DNA of 64,000 nt. Source: Candidatus Babeliales bacterium (GTDB lineage Bacteria; Babelota; Babeliae; Babelales; JABDEC01). Below, piece after piece: positions 35,067 through 43,421 of the stretch. Positions within the stretch are counted from its first letter, which is position 1, and the number at the start of each line of letters is the position of its first letter. The position numbers and the translations under genes are program-made. The notes below the pieces were generated by a model. It saw only the letters and a list, made by a program, of their open reading frames with translations, was not told the origin of the DNA and made no database searches. The stretch lies in contig JARLHJ010000008.1 of assembly GCA_031292305.1 (NCBI GenBank), positions 1,846 to 65,845 of the forward strand, in the 5' to 3' direction.

Positions 35067-35696
35067 ATGAAAAAAATTTTATTAGTTATAGCAAGCAAAG
35101 GTTTTCAGCCAATTGAATATGGCGTTACAAGAGAAATTTTAGAAGCCGAAGATATTAAAGTAGAAACTGCAAGTAATGCTAAAGATTCTTTGGGCAATGC
35201 AATATCGTCTGATAATAAACCAGCTCACGTTGATTATTTACTGCAAGATGTAAACGTAGACCATTATGATGGGTTATTTATTATTGGTGGCCAAGATGCA
35301 ATGGAACATTTAGATAATGATAATATGTATCGCCTAATTCATGAAGTTGATAGACGCTTTAATAAAATTTATGGAGCAATTTGTATATCTACTAGAATTT
35401 TAGCAAATGCCGGTGTATTAGAAGATAGAAATGTTACAGGCTGGGATAATGATAAAAAATTAGCACTGATATTAAAAGATGTTGGCGCTAATTATGTTAA
35501 AGCAGGTGTTGTAGTTGATGATAATATTATAACTGCAACTGGCCCTGATGAAGTGCAAGATTTTGGGCAAGCAATTTTAAAAGCACTTTATACTCGTCAA
35601 CCTGAAACAGCAGAAGACGCTGAGCATAAAGAAGCTATTGGCGAAACTGATGAATTGATTAAAAGAAATTTTCCTCGTGAAGATATAGAAGATTAA
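35067..35696 (+). CDS. DJ-1/PfpI-family protein
   Basis: ILLVIASKGFQPIEY..., the nucleophile-elbow context YGAICISTRILANAG, and a C-terminal acidic extension. Confidence 0.8.
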   Translation: MKKILLVIASKGFQPIEYGVTREILEAEDIKVETASNAKDSLGNAISSDNKPAHVDYLLQDVNVDHYDGLFIIGGQDAMEHLDNDNMYRLIHEVDRRFNKIYGAICISTRILANAGVLEDRNVTGWDNDKKLALILKDVGANYVKAGVVVDDNIITATGPDEVQDFGQAILKALYTRQPETAEDAEHKEAIGETDELIKRNFPREDIED

Positions 35697-35721
35697 TTTA
35701 AATATTTAATTATACAATCAT

Positions 35722-35757
35722 ATAGTTGAGAGTAAATTATTGTTTACTCTCAACTAT
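35722..35757. terminator. Hairpin terminator between convergent genes
   Basis: atagttgagagtaaa-ttattg-tttactctcaactat: a perfect 15-bp stem. Confidence 0.7.
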
Positions 35758-35763
35758 TATTAT

Positions 35764-35979
35764 TTATCTGACAGTTTTAGGTGCTGGTCTAGGAGCTATT
35801 GATTCATCATGAGCGGTAATGCAAGAACTATAAACTAAACCCGAATTTTTCGCTTGAAGTTTAGCAGCATCAACACCTTTGGTATTAAGTGTGCTTTTTA
35901 ATGAGTTACATTGGCTTGTAGTCATTGCGTTCATTCCACTAATTGACAACAATACAGTAAAAATTAATAATTTTTTCAT
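35764..35979 (-). CDS. Small secreted protein (71 aa, 2 Cys)
   Basis: The start is placed at MKKLLIFTVLLSISGMNA (ATG at 35977-35979) because aggaga (rc of tctcct, 35985-35990) lies 5 nt upstream. The track start at 36009 adds 10 residues. Confidence 0.5.
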   Translation of the reverse strand: MKKLLIFTVLLSISGMNAMTTSQCNSLKSTLNTKGVDAAKLQAKNSGLVYSSCITAHDESIAPRPAPKTVR

Positions 35980-36211
35980 TTTAATCTCCTTTTTTATATT
36001 AGAATTCAAACCTCAAATTTAAGTATACTGTAAAAGTTGTATAAAAAACAACAGATAGAAATAAAAAAACAAAGAAGATTGTAGATTTGGGTAGTTTTCA
36101 GGTTTAAACAAGGGTTGTCTTTATTTTCTATGTGAAACATTTTGGGTATGCTATTTAAGCGTTTTTTACTACACAATCTAATCGTTGCGCAAAATAACTA
36201 CAAATTTTTAA

Positions 36212-36250
36212 AAGAAGCTATACAAAGAAATTTGTGTAGCTTCTTTTTAT
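36212..36250 (+). terminator. Orphan terminator-like hairpin in the recJ upstream region
   Basis: aagaagctataca-aagaaatt-tgtgtagcttctt stem (13 bp with one G-U) followed by tttta ttt. There is no annotated plus-strand gene upstream within the 328-nt gap. Confidence 0.35.
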
Positions 36251-36337
36251 TTAAATAATTTTAAAAGTGACTCTTTTTTGTTTTTAATTTAAAATTAAAA
36301 TATAATTTTTCATAAGAAACATAATCGAAACATACAA

Positions 36338-38074
36338 ATGCATAATCGCCAAACACGTCAAGGTCAAAAATATCTTTGGTTGCTTCCAGAAGAAAATAAT
36401 CGAGCAGTTTTAGAATTTGCAAAAACATTTAGTTTATCACCAGCAATTTGCCAAACTTTGGTGTCGCGTGGTTTAGATACAAAAGAATTAATTGATGCTT
36501 TTTTATTTACCAATTATGAAACCAATGTTGCACATACTTCTTTAATGAAAGACGCGGATAAAGCAATTGATAGAATTCTAGAAGCTATTGAACGCAAAGA
36601 AAAAATTTTAATTTTTGGTGATTATGACGTAGATGGAATAACTTCTTCAGCAATGATGATGCTTTGTTTGCCCCCACTAGGCGCGCTTGTAAATTTCTTT
36701 TTACCAAATCGTGTTAAAGATGGTTATGGCCTTTCTGTGAAAGCAGTTCAACGTGCTGCTCAGAATGGTTATAAAGTTATAATAACTGTTGATAACGGTA
36801 TAACAGCTTTTGAGCCTGCGCTTGAGGCAAAAAAATTAGGAATAGATTTAATTATTACAGATCACCATAGACCACATGATCACTTACCAGAGGCGTTTGC
36901 AGTAATTGACCCAAATCAATTAGATTGCGCATATCCATTTAAATATTTGGCTGGTGTTGGAGTTACTTTTAAACTTCTTTCTTTATTATATGAAAAAAAA
37001 GGAATGCAACTTCCTGTTAAAGTATATGAGCTATTATTATTGGGTACTGTTGCAGATGTTGTGCCATTGCAAGGTGAAAATAGATATTGGGTACGGTACG
37101 GTTTAAATTCAGTAAATAAATATGAAAGTTTATCGTTACGAACATTAAAAACTAATGGTAAATTTGAAAAGCCTAAATTAACTTCAACTGATATTGGTTT
37201 TTTTATAGCCCCGCAAATAAATGCATTAGGCCGTTTAGAAGATGCACGCCAAGGTGTGCAATTTTTAATAGATTCTAATGAAAAAGAAGTATCACAAATT
37301 GGAACCATATTACTTGAATTGAATCAAGCGCGCAAAGGAATTGAAAAGAGTATTTTTGCAGACATTGATAGACAAATACAATCAGGTGCAATTGATGTCA
37401 GCAAAGAAAATATTATTCTTGCTGCAAGTAATAATTGGCCAGCAGGTGTGATTGGTCTTGTGGCTTCTCGTTTTGTTGGGCAATATGGTAAACCAACAAT
37501 ATTATTCCATTTAACAAAAGATGGTTATGCAAAAGGTTCTTGTAGATCAATTCCTGAATTTAATATGTTTGATGCATTGGCGGCAAATGTACATTTACTA
37601 GAAAAATTTGGTGGCCATTCACAAGCTGCAGGTTTATCTTTAAAGGTAGAAAATTTAGCTGAGTTAAAAGCAAATTTAGAACATTTAATTGCTACTACAT
37701 TAACGGAATTAGATTTAAAGCAAAAAATTAGATTAGATGCAAAAATTAGTTTAGAAGATTTAAATAAAAAGTTTCTTACTGATCTTGAATATTTAGAGCC
37801 ATTTGGGCACCAAAATCACAAGCCGTATTTTTATATAGAAAACGTTACTTTGGTACAAAAGCCACAATTATTAAAAGAAGCACATGTTAAATGTCAGATT
37901 TTTGCTGACGGCGTTATAAAGCCTGTTATGTTTTTTAACCGACCTGATTTATTTGAGAAATTTACTAATCAAAATGATGAGCCATTTGCATTAGTCGCTC
38001 AAGTTGTTGAAAACCATTGGAATGGTAGAGTTAATGTTGAGTTGCAAGGTTTAGATATTGCAGGATTAAAATGA
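36338..38074 (+). CDS. recJ: Single-stranded-DNA-specific exonuclease RecJ
   Basis: DHH-family motifs GDYDVDGITS, TVDNGI and ITDHHRP, plus the DHHA1 motif GGHSQAAG. Confidence 0.93.
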   Translation: MHNRQTRQGQKYLWLLPEENNRAVLEFAKTFSLSPAICQTLVSRGLDTKELIDAFLFTNYETNVAHTSLMKDADKAIDRILEAIERKEKILIFGDYDVDGITSSAMMMLCLPPLGALVNFFLPNRVKDGYGLSVKAVQRAAQNGYKVIITVDNGITAFEPALEAKKLGIDLIITDHHRPHDHLPEAFAVIDPNQLDCAYPFKYLAGVGVTFKLLSLLYEKKGMQLPVKVYELLLLGTVADVVPLQGENRYWVRYGLNSVNKYESLSLRTLKTNGKFEKPKLTSTDIGFFIAPQINALGRLEDARQGVQFLIDSNEKEVSQIGTILLELNQARKGIEKSIFADIDRQIQSGAIDVSKENIILAASNNWPAGVIGLVASRFVGQYGKPTILFHLTKDGYAKGSCRSIPEFNMFDALAANVHLLEKFGGHSQAAGLSLKVENLAELKANLEHLIATTLTELDLKQKIRLDAKISLEDLNKKFLTDLEYLEPFGHQNHKPYFYIENVTLVQKPQLLKEAHVKCQIFADGVIKPVMFFNRPDLFEKFTNQNDEPFALVAQVVENHWNGRVNVELQGLDIAGLK

Positions 38075-38712
38075 TTATTACAATTGATGGTCCGGTAGCT
38101 AGTGGTAAATCTTTTCTGGCTCGTGAACTCGCCAATAAATTAGGATTTTATTATCTTAATTCAGGTTTATTGTATCGTGGACTTGCATTTGTTATTTTAA
38201 ATAATCCAAGTTTGGATATTAAGACAATTATCTCACATTTAAAATATTTTTATGATGGTCATAAAGAATCAATAAAATATGATGATAAAGATATAACACC
38301 ATTTTTAAAAACCCCTCAAATTGATCAAGCTTCTTCTATAATGAGTGCTGATCCTCACGTACGTGAAATTTTGTTAGATTTTCAACGTAATTTTGCCAAG
38401 CAAAATGATTTAGTAACAGATGGACGTGATTGCGGTTCTGTTGTATTTGAAAATGCAGATGTAAAGATATTCTTAACTGCTTCAATCAAAGTGCGTGCAA
38501 AACGTTGGCAGCATGATCAAGAGTTAAAAGGAAATATTTATTCACAAGAAGAATGTGAAGCTATAATTACTGATCGTGATAAGCGTGATCAAGAAAGGGA
38601 AATAGCACCTTTAGTTGTTCCTAAAGATGCTATTATTTTAGATAATTCTGAATTAGATGAAGAAGAGACTTTTTCAAAAGCTCGAGAAATTATTAAGAAT
38701 ATTATTTCATAA
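38071..38712 (+). CDS. cmk: Cytidylate kinase
   Basis: ITIDGPVASGKS P-loop, GLLYRG, DGRDCGSVVF. ATGA overlap with recJ. Confidence 0.92.
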   Translation: MIITIDGPVASGKSFLARELANKLGFYYLNSGLLYRGLAFVILNNPSLDIKTIISHLKYFYDGHKESIKYDDKDITPFLKTPQIDQASSIMSADPHVREILLDFQRNFAKQNDLVTDGRDCGSVVFENADVKIFLTASIKVRAKRWQHDQELKGNIYSQEECEAIITDRDKRDQEREIAPLVVPKDAIILDNSELDEEETFSKAREIIKNIIS

Positions 38713-38714
38713 CC

Positions 38715-39107
38715 TTATGAACCTGGTTGATCTTCATCAACTTGTTTTAATTTCTGTAATTTTGTTCTAAGCATTAAGTTTGCTTTTGTTATTCTTTCTA
38801 ACAAGCATTCCAGTTCCATACTTTCATTACTTTGCATGAATAACTTTCCTGTATCTATCTTATAAGCTATTGTTTTAGCATATAATTCGTCTGAAATATT
38901 ATTTAAATATTCTCTTACTTCACTGCTTATATTTTCAACATCAACTTCCTTTACATAATTTTCAATATCATTAGTTTCGTTAAGTAATTGTTCTCTGGGT
39001 GCAGATTTTGCATTGCGAATTTTTTGATCGAAACTAATAGCGCCCTCGGCTGCTTTATTTGATTGAATAAGCATAATAGAGGATAAAACTAATAATAAAT
39101 ATTTCAT
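38715..39107 (-). CDS. Secreted hypothetical protein (130 aa)
   Basis: Signal peptide (YLLLVLSSIMLIQSNKAAE), followed by acidic and coiled-coil-like sequence. Confidence 0.5.
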   Translation of the reverse strand: MKYLLLVLSSIMLIQSNKAAEGAISFDQKIRNAKSAPREQLLNETNDIENYVKEVDVENISSEVREYLNNISDELYAKTIAYKIDTGKLFMQSNESMELECLLERITKANLMLRTKLQKLKQVDEDQPGS

Positions 39108-39281
39108 AAAATTGCCTATCTATTTAAAATGTTAAAGGATTATCGACAATTGATTATAATCACTATGGAGCTAAATGTCCAAAGGGTAGTATTTTCAATG
39201 ATTTATTACTTGTAAAATTAATGATTTATTATAGCTATTTCACTTAAAAGCAGGCTTATTGATCATTATGAATTATTCTAC

Positions 39282-39311
39282 TTGTAATTATATAGATATA
39301 TGTAGTATAAT
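39282..39311 (+). promoter_or_regulatory. Candidate sigma-70 promoter for the 39369/39815 gene pair
   Basis: TTGTAA (39282-39287), 18-nt spacer, consensus TATAAT (39306-39311). A direct repeat aatgatttatta x2 lies about 60-90 nt upstream. Confidence 0.4.
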
Positions 39312-39368
39312 ATCAGTATAGACTTAGTTTTTGTATGATTATTATAATAGAATAAAAAAGGTAGAAAA

Positions 39369-39800
39369 GTGAATAAGATAATATTAATAATGTTTTTAAT
39401 TTTTTCAGTTAATTTTATTAATGGTGGCAATTGTTTTTCTACAAAAGTACAAACTTTTGTGTCAGATGAATTAACTATTTTAGACAAATATAAGACTAGT
39501 GATGATCCAACAATAAAACTAATTTATGAATTAGCCAAAAAAATAGAACATATATTAGTAAGACAAAAATTTTATAAAGAGAATGGTGAATTGCCATATA
39601 AGTTAGATGATACATCATCAAAAACAAGTTTGATAAAATCGTTAATTGCAAAATCAAAACAATTTACAAAGATATTTAAAAGCAATAGAGAACAAGTTGT
39701 TTCAAATATATTAAACGGTCAATTGTATTTATATCATGAATATGATAATCGATTATTGAATATAATTTATTTTATTCAACAGAATTTAAAAATTACATAA
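39369..39800 (+). CDS. Small secreted protein, GGNC-motif family member 1
   Basis: GTG start with aaaaggtag upstream. Signal peptide ending ..FINGGNCFSTKVQ. Paralogue of the next gene. Confidence 0.5.
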   Translation: MNKIILIMFLIFSVNFINGGNCFSTKVQTFVSDELTILDKYKTSDDPTIKLIYELAKKIEHILVRQKFYKENGELPYKLDDTSSKTSLIKSLIAKSKQFTKIFKSNREQVVSNILNGQLYLYHEYDNRLLNIIYFIQQNLKIT

Positions 39801-39814
39801 TGAAAGGTGAAAGA

Positions 39815-40291
39815 ATGAATATAAAATTTTTAATTATATTTTTTATCTTAATATTAATAGAACCCATATATGGTGGCAATTGCATGTCAACTAAAGTGAA
39901 AGAAGTAACACCTATAGATCTAGTAAATGTTTATAAAGATTCGATAAGTGCCAGAGAAAGAACATTTTATAAGTTAGCCCTAGATATAGAAAAAATTCTT
40001 ATAAAATATAATTTCTATAGTAACACCAATATGATTAAAGAAGATGAAGATACCCAGAATGTATTTTTTTCTATCTATATTAAGCCAATTGTTAAGTTAC
40101 CAGATTATAAAGAACTATTTCATGATTCCAGTGGTGCTCGTAAAATTTTAGAAGAACGTTTAAAAACTAAAAAATTAAGCATGATTGGCAATATATTTTT
40201 ATTAATTGCAAATATTGAAAAAGAATTTAAAAAACAACCTTTAAAGTTAATTAAAGAAGAGAAAGAAGAATTTAGCGAAATAAGGTTTTAA
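39815..40291 (+). CDS. Small secreted protein, GGNC-motif family member 2
   Basis: The start is placed at MNIKFLIIFF (ATG 39815), preceded by aaaggtgaaaga. ..PIYGGNCMSTKVKE and ..FYKLALDIEKILIKYNFY parallel ..IYELAKKIEHILVRQKFY in member 1. Confidence 0.5.
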   Translation: MNIKFLIIFFILILIEPIYGGNCMSTKVKEVTPIDLVNVYKDSISARERTFYKLALDIEKILIKYNFYSNTNMIKEDEDTQNVFFSIYIKPIVKLPDYKELFHDSSGARKILEERLKTKKLSMIGNIFLLIANIEKEFKKQPLKLIKEEKEEFSEIRF

Positions 40292-40306
40292 TAAATTCAT
40301 TGTAAT

Positions 40307-41470
40307 TTAAAAGTTGTCTAGCGTTGGGTTTTTTACCAAACTAAATAATAGTATTGTACCTAATAAACAAAAGACAGCGCTATATCCAAATCCATACATA
40401 GGTGAGAATTTAGACCACAAAAAACCAACAATAAAATTTGCAATCATAAAAGCAAAGCCAGATATTGTTGCATGTAATCCAAATCCTGTACCATGATTTT
40501 TGCCGTCAATTAAATTAGCAGTTAAACTTTTAGACATAGAATTTGTAATTGCTGCCGCAATTCCCGACAATATAAATAATATTGTTATAACAGTTAAATT
40601 AATATTAAACATAAAACCTACAGATACCAAAGCAGTGATAAAATAACCAAATGTTAAGATGTTTTTTGTACCAAATTTATCTGCTAAATGACCTGCAGGG
40701 TATGAAAACAATGTATAACAAATGTTGTATAAAGTATAAAGAAGTATTGCAGTTTTTTGTGATGAAAATAATTCAATTGTTCTAAATATTAATAAGGAAT
40801 TAGCAAAATTACCCAAAGAAAAAACTCCTGACGCAATTAAAAATAAATTAAATTGTTTTGGTAGCTCTCTAATTTTAACTAGAGATATCGGCTCTGATAT
40901 TTTTATATCTGTTTTTGCTTGGGTAACAAATAAAATTAAAATTAATACAGCCATTGCACTAGCTAAAAAACTAATCAAAAATATATAATTAAACGTTAAA
41001 AAACTAATTAAAAATAACGCGCTTGCGGGTCCAAGAATTGCACCTATAGAATCTATAGTGCGGTGAAAACCAAAAACGCGTCCATAGTATTTGGGAGTTG
41101 TAGATTCAATTAATAATGCATTGCGTGCAGGTTCGCGAATTGATTTGCCGATTCCTGCAAATATCCAAGATGTAAAAACTATTATCCAATTAGTAGCAAA
41201 GGGCAATATGCATAAATTAATTGAACTTATAACATAACCAACTACAGCAAATTGTTTTTTAGTATTTAACTTATCACTTAATCTGCCTGAAATTATTTTT
41301 AAAAAACTGAATAAATTTGCTATACCTACAATTAAACCAAAAGTTGCGGCTGAGCTGTTTATAGATATTAAAAATGCAGGCAAAATTGCTATTGTTAATT
41401 CATATGCAAAATCATCAAATAAGCTTACTAAGCTTAATGCTATTATATTTTTGTTTAACCAGTTGCGCAT
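40307..41470 (-). CDS. Major-facilitator-superfamily transporter
   Basis: About 12 TM segments. MFS loop 2-3 motif GRLSDKLNTKK, repeated as GHLADKFGTKN in the second half. Confidence 0.8.
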   Translation of the reverse strand: MRNWLNKNIIALSLVSLFDDFAYELTIAILPAFLISINSSAATFGLIVGIANLFSFLKIISGRLSDKLNTKKQFAVVGYVISSINLCILPFATNWIIVFTSWIFAGIGKSIREPARNALLIESTTPKYYGRVFGFHRTIDSIGAILGPASALFLISFLTFNYIFLISFLASAMAVLILILFVTQAKTDIKISEPISLVKIRELPKQFNLFLIASGVFSLGNFANSLLIFRTIELFSSQKTAILLYTLYNICYTLFSYPAGHLADKFGTKNILTFGYFITALVSVGFMFNINLTVITILFILSGIAAAITNSMSKSLTANLIDGKNHGTGFGLHATISGFAFMIANFIVGFLWSKFSPMYGFGYSAVFCLLGTILLFSLVKNPTLDNF

Positions 41471-41484
41471 ATGCTGTCCTATAT

Positions 41485-43068
41485 TTATTGTATTTCACAG
41501 CCTTCTGGACAAATACTTTGCTTTTTTGCAGGTTTAATTATTGGCTTAGGCACAAAAGATATTGGTTTTAGAGCCTTCAATTTTAATTGTTTTTTTTGAG
41601 CTATTAACAAATCAAGTTTTTCTTGTCTCTCTTCGTCTTGTCTACGTTCCTCATCTCTAATTATGCTTTGATTTAGTAATTCTTCTACTTCGCTTTTTAA
41701 TGTTGCTGGTAACGTTTCATAAGTTAATGCTTCTTGTAGCCAATGAGTTGTATTTTCATCATTAATAACATCATTGTTGCTGTAAAAACCAATTTTGCCT
41801 ATAAATGCACAAGCTATTGCTTTAGTTTGTGTATTAGAATCTTCAGAATAAGTATACTGAAAGTATTCAAAAGATTTTTTGAACATCTCTTTTTTATAAT
41901 TTATTGTGCCTAAATAAATTGCTGCCAATGTTTTTACTTCTGAATTAAGTTCATCAAATTGAGTATATATTTGTTTAAAAAGTTTTTCTGACAATTCTAA
42001 GTTTTTTTCAACAATTTCACCATCAAAGTATATTTGCGCATAATAAAATTTTGCAGTTAATAAATCATCATGATTTAATTTATCGATATCAACTATTGGT
42101 TCTGCATCAAAAATAGGGTTTAAGAATTTTAAATAAGCTGTCGAATACATTTGTAATTTGCAATATAAAATTGAAATACGTAATGCATAATTAGTTTTAT
42201 TTATTAGATCATCTGTTTCTTCATAGATCTCTGTTAAATAATTAATTTTTAATTGGATGTTCTTAGGTGAATTATCTAAAACTAAATAAAGTAAATTTGC
42301 GAAATCTTTTGTCACTTCTCTTTTTATATTAGGGAATTCTTCCTGATCATAACAAAATTTTAATCGCGCTAATTTTTTTTGAGTATCTTGTTTGTCATAA
42401 TTTGTTGTTATATAAAAATAATTAACTTTAATTTTTGCTTCTTTGCTCAAAAGATCTATATCAGTTGTTTGTAATATTTGAGTAATAGGATTGCTATTAT
42501 TAGAACTAAGCGTAATTAGCATTACTAATGCTTTTGATTTTGAATCATAATCAGAATTTTGTTGTGCCGCTAGTAAACAGAATTGGTATCGAGAACTATC
42601 CGGTCCAAATCCGTAATGAGGTGATGATCCTAAAGTGTAATGTAATTTGGGATCAGTACAATTGATATAATATTCTTCACTTGAACAATTATTGAATTGT
42701 TTAAATTTTTTAAAACCGTCTTTTAGTTTATGGCATATATAATAATTTATTTCTGTTATTTGCTTACCTGTTTGTCTATCAATTAAATCATGTTTAGATA
42801 TTGGGTAACCATAATGATATTTGTTAAATTCATGTGCATCATAATAATATTTTTTTTTATTTACGTGAGCTTCTACTAATATGTAAGGTTTGCCAATCAC
42901 TTTTTGTTCTTGAATTAATACATTAAAAGTTTTATTGGTAAAATATTCAATGCCAGCTAGATCAACATTTACTTGTGTCTTATGCTTGGCTACATTTTTA
43001 TGCATTGGATATACATAAGAGCTTGTTAATATTGAAAATATGGCAATAGATAATTTGAATATTTTCAT
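41485..43068 (-). CDS. Secreted Sel1-like/TPR-like repeat protein
   Basis: The start is placed at MKIFKLSIAIFSILTSSYVYP (ATG at 43066-43068, aaggaagtga upstream). The track extension would span the upstream gene's terminator. Sel1-like strings include AKFYYAQIYFDGEIVEKNLELSEKLFKQ and AAIYLGTINYKKEMFKKSFEYFQ. C-terminal charged coiled coil (RDEERRQDEERQEKL). Confidence 0.55.
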   Translation of the reverse strand: MKIFKLSIAIFSILTSSYVYPMHKNVAKHKTQVNVDLAGIEYFTNKTFNVLIQEQKVIGKPYILVEAHVNKKKYYYDAHEFNKYHYGYPISKHDLIDRQTGKQITEINYYICHKLKDGFKKFKQFNNCSSEEYYINCTDPKLHYTLGSSPHYGFGPDSSRYQFCLLAAQQNSDYDSKSKALVMLITLSSNNSNPITQILQTTDIDLLSKEAKIKVNYFYITTNYDKQDTQKKLARLKFCYDQEEFPNIKREVTKDFANLLYLVLDNSPKNIQLKINYLTEIYEETDDLINKTNYALRISILYCKLQMYSTAYLKFLNPIFDAEPIVDIDKLNHDDLLTAKFYYAQIYFDGEIVEKNLELSEKLFKQIYTQFDELNSEVKTLAAIYLGTINYKKEMFKKSFEYFQYTYSEDSNTQTKAIACAFIGKIGFYSNNDVINDENTTHWLQEALTYETLPATLKSEVEELLNQSIIRDEERRQDEERQEKLDLLIAQKKQLKLKALKPISFVPKPIIKPAKKQSICPEGCEIQ

Positions 43069-43123
43069 GTTCACTTCCTTTAAATTAAATGAGTATGCAT
43101 TAGATACTAATCTAATTTTGTAC

Positions 43124-43162
43124 AAAAAAAAAGATCTCATGTTTTTTACACATGAGATCTTT
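43124..43162 (-). terminator. Rho-independent terminator after the 43186-43404 gene
   Basis: aaagatctcatg-ttttttaca-catgagatcttt 12-bp stem. On the minus strand it is followed by a run of T (plus-strand A-run, 43124-43130). Confidence 0.7.
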
Positions 43163-43185
43163 AAAATTGCTATATAAGTAAATAA

Positions 43186-43404
43186 TTACTCAGCCATTCT
43201 TTCATTGTCGTAGCCATCAGCTTCATCATAACCAGCTTCTTCAGCAGTTGCTAATTCTTTAGGCATATCAGCAAATTCAACAACTGGCATTTCAGTTCTA
43301 ACTTCGGTATAAGTAGTAGTTACTACTTCTTCTTTTTTTCCCCATTTGCAACTAGGTAAAGCAATCACAGTTAAAAGTACAACCGCTAAGGCGACTTTTT
43401 TCAT
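43186..43404 (-). CDS. Small putative lipoprotein with an acidic C-terminus (72 aa)
   Basis: Signal peptide ending in the lipobox-like IALPSC. The C-terminal half is rich in E/D/Y. Confidence 0.5.
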   Translation of the reverse strand: MKKVALAVVLLTVIALPSCKWGKKEEVVTTTYTEVRTEMPVVEFADMPKELATAEEAGYDEADGYDNERMAE

Positions 43405-43421
43405 AAGGGCTCCTTGAATTA

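Noticed and set aside
40314-41571. Short plus-strand ORFs 40314-40496 and 41374-41571.
   Set aside because: Both are antisense shadows: the first of the MFS transporter gene, the second spanning the MFS gene 5' end and the 3' end of the Sel1-like gene. Hydrophobic mirror-frame composition only.
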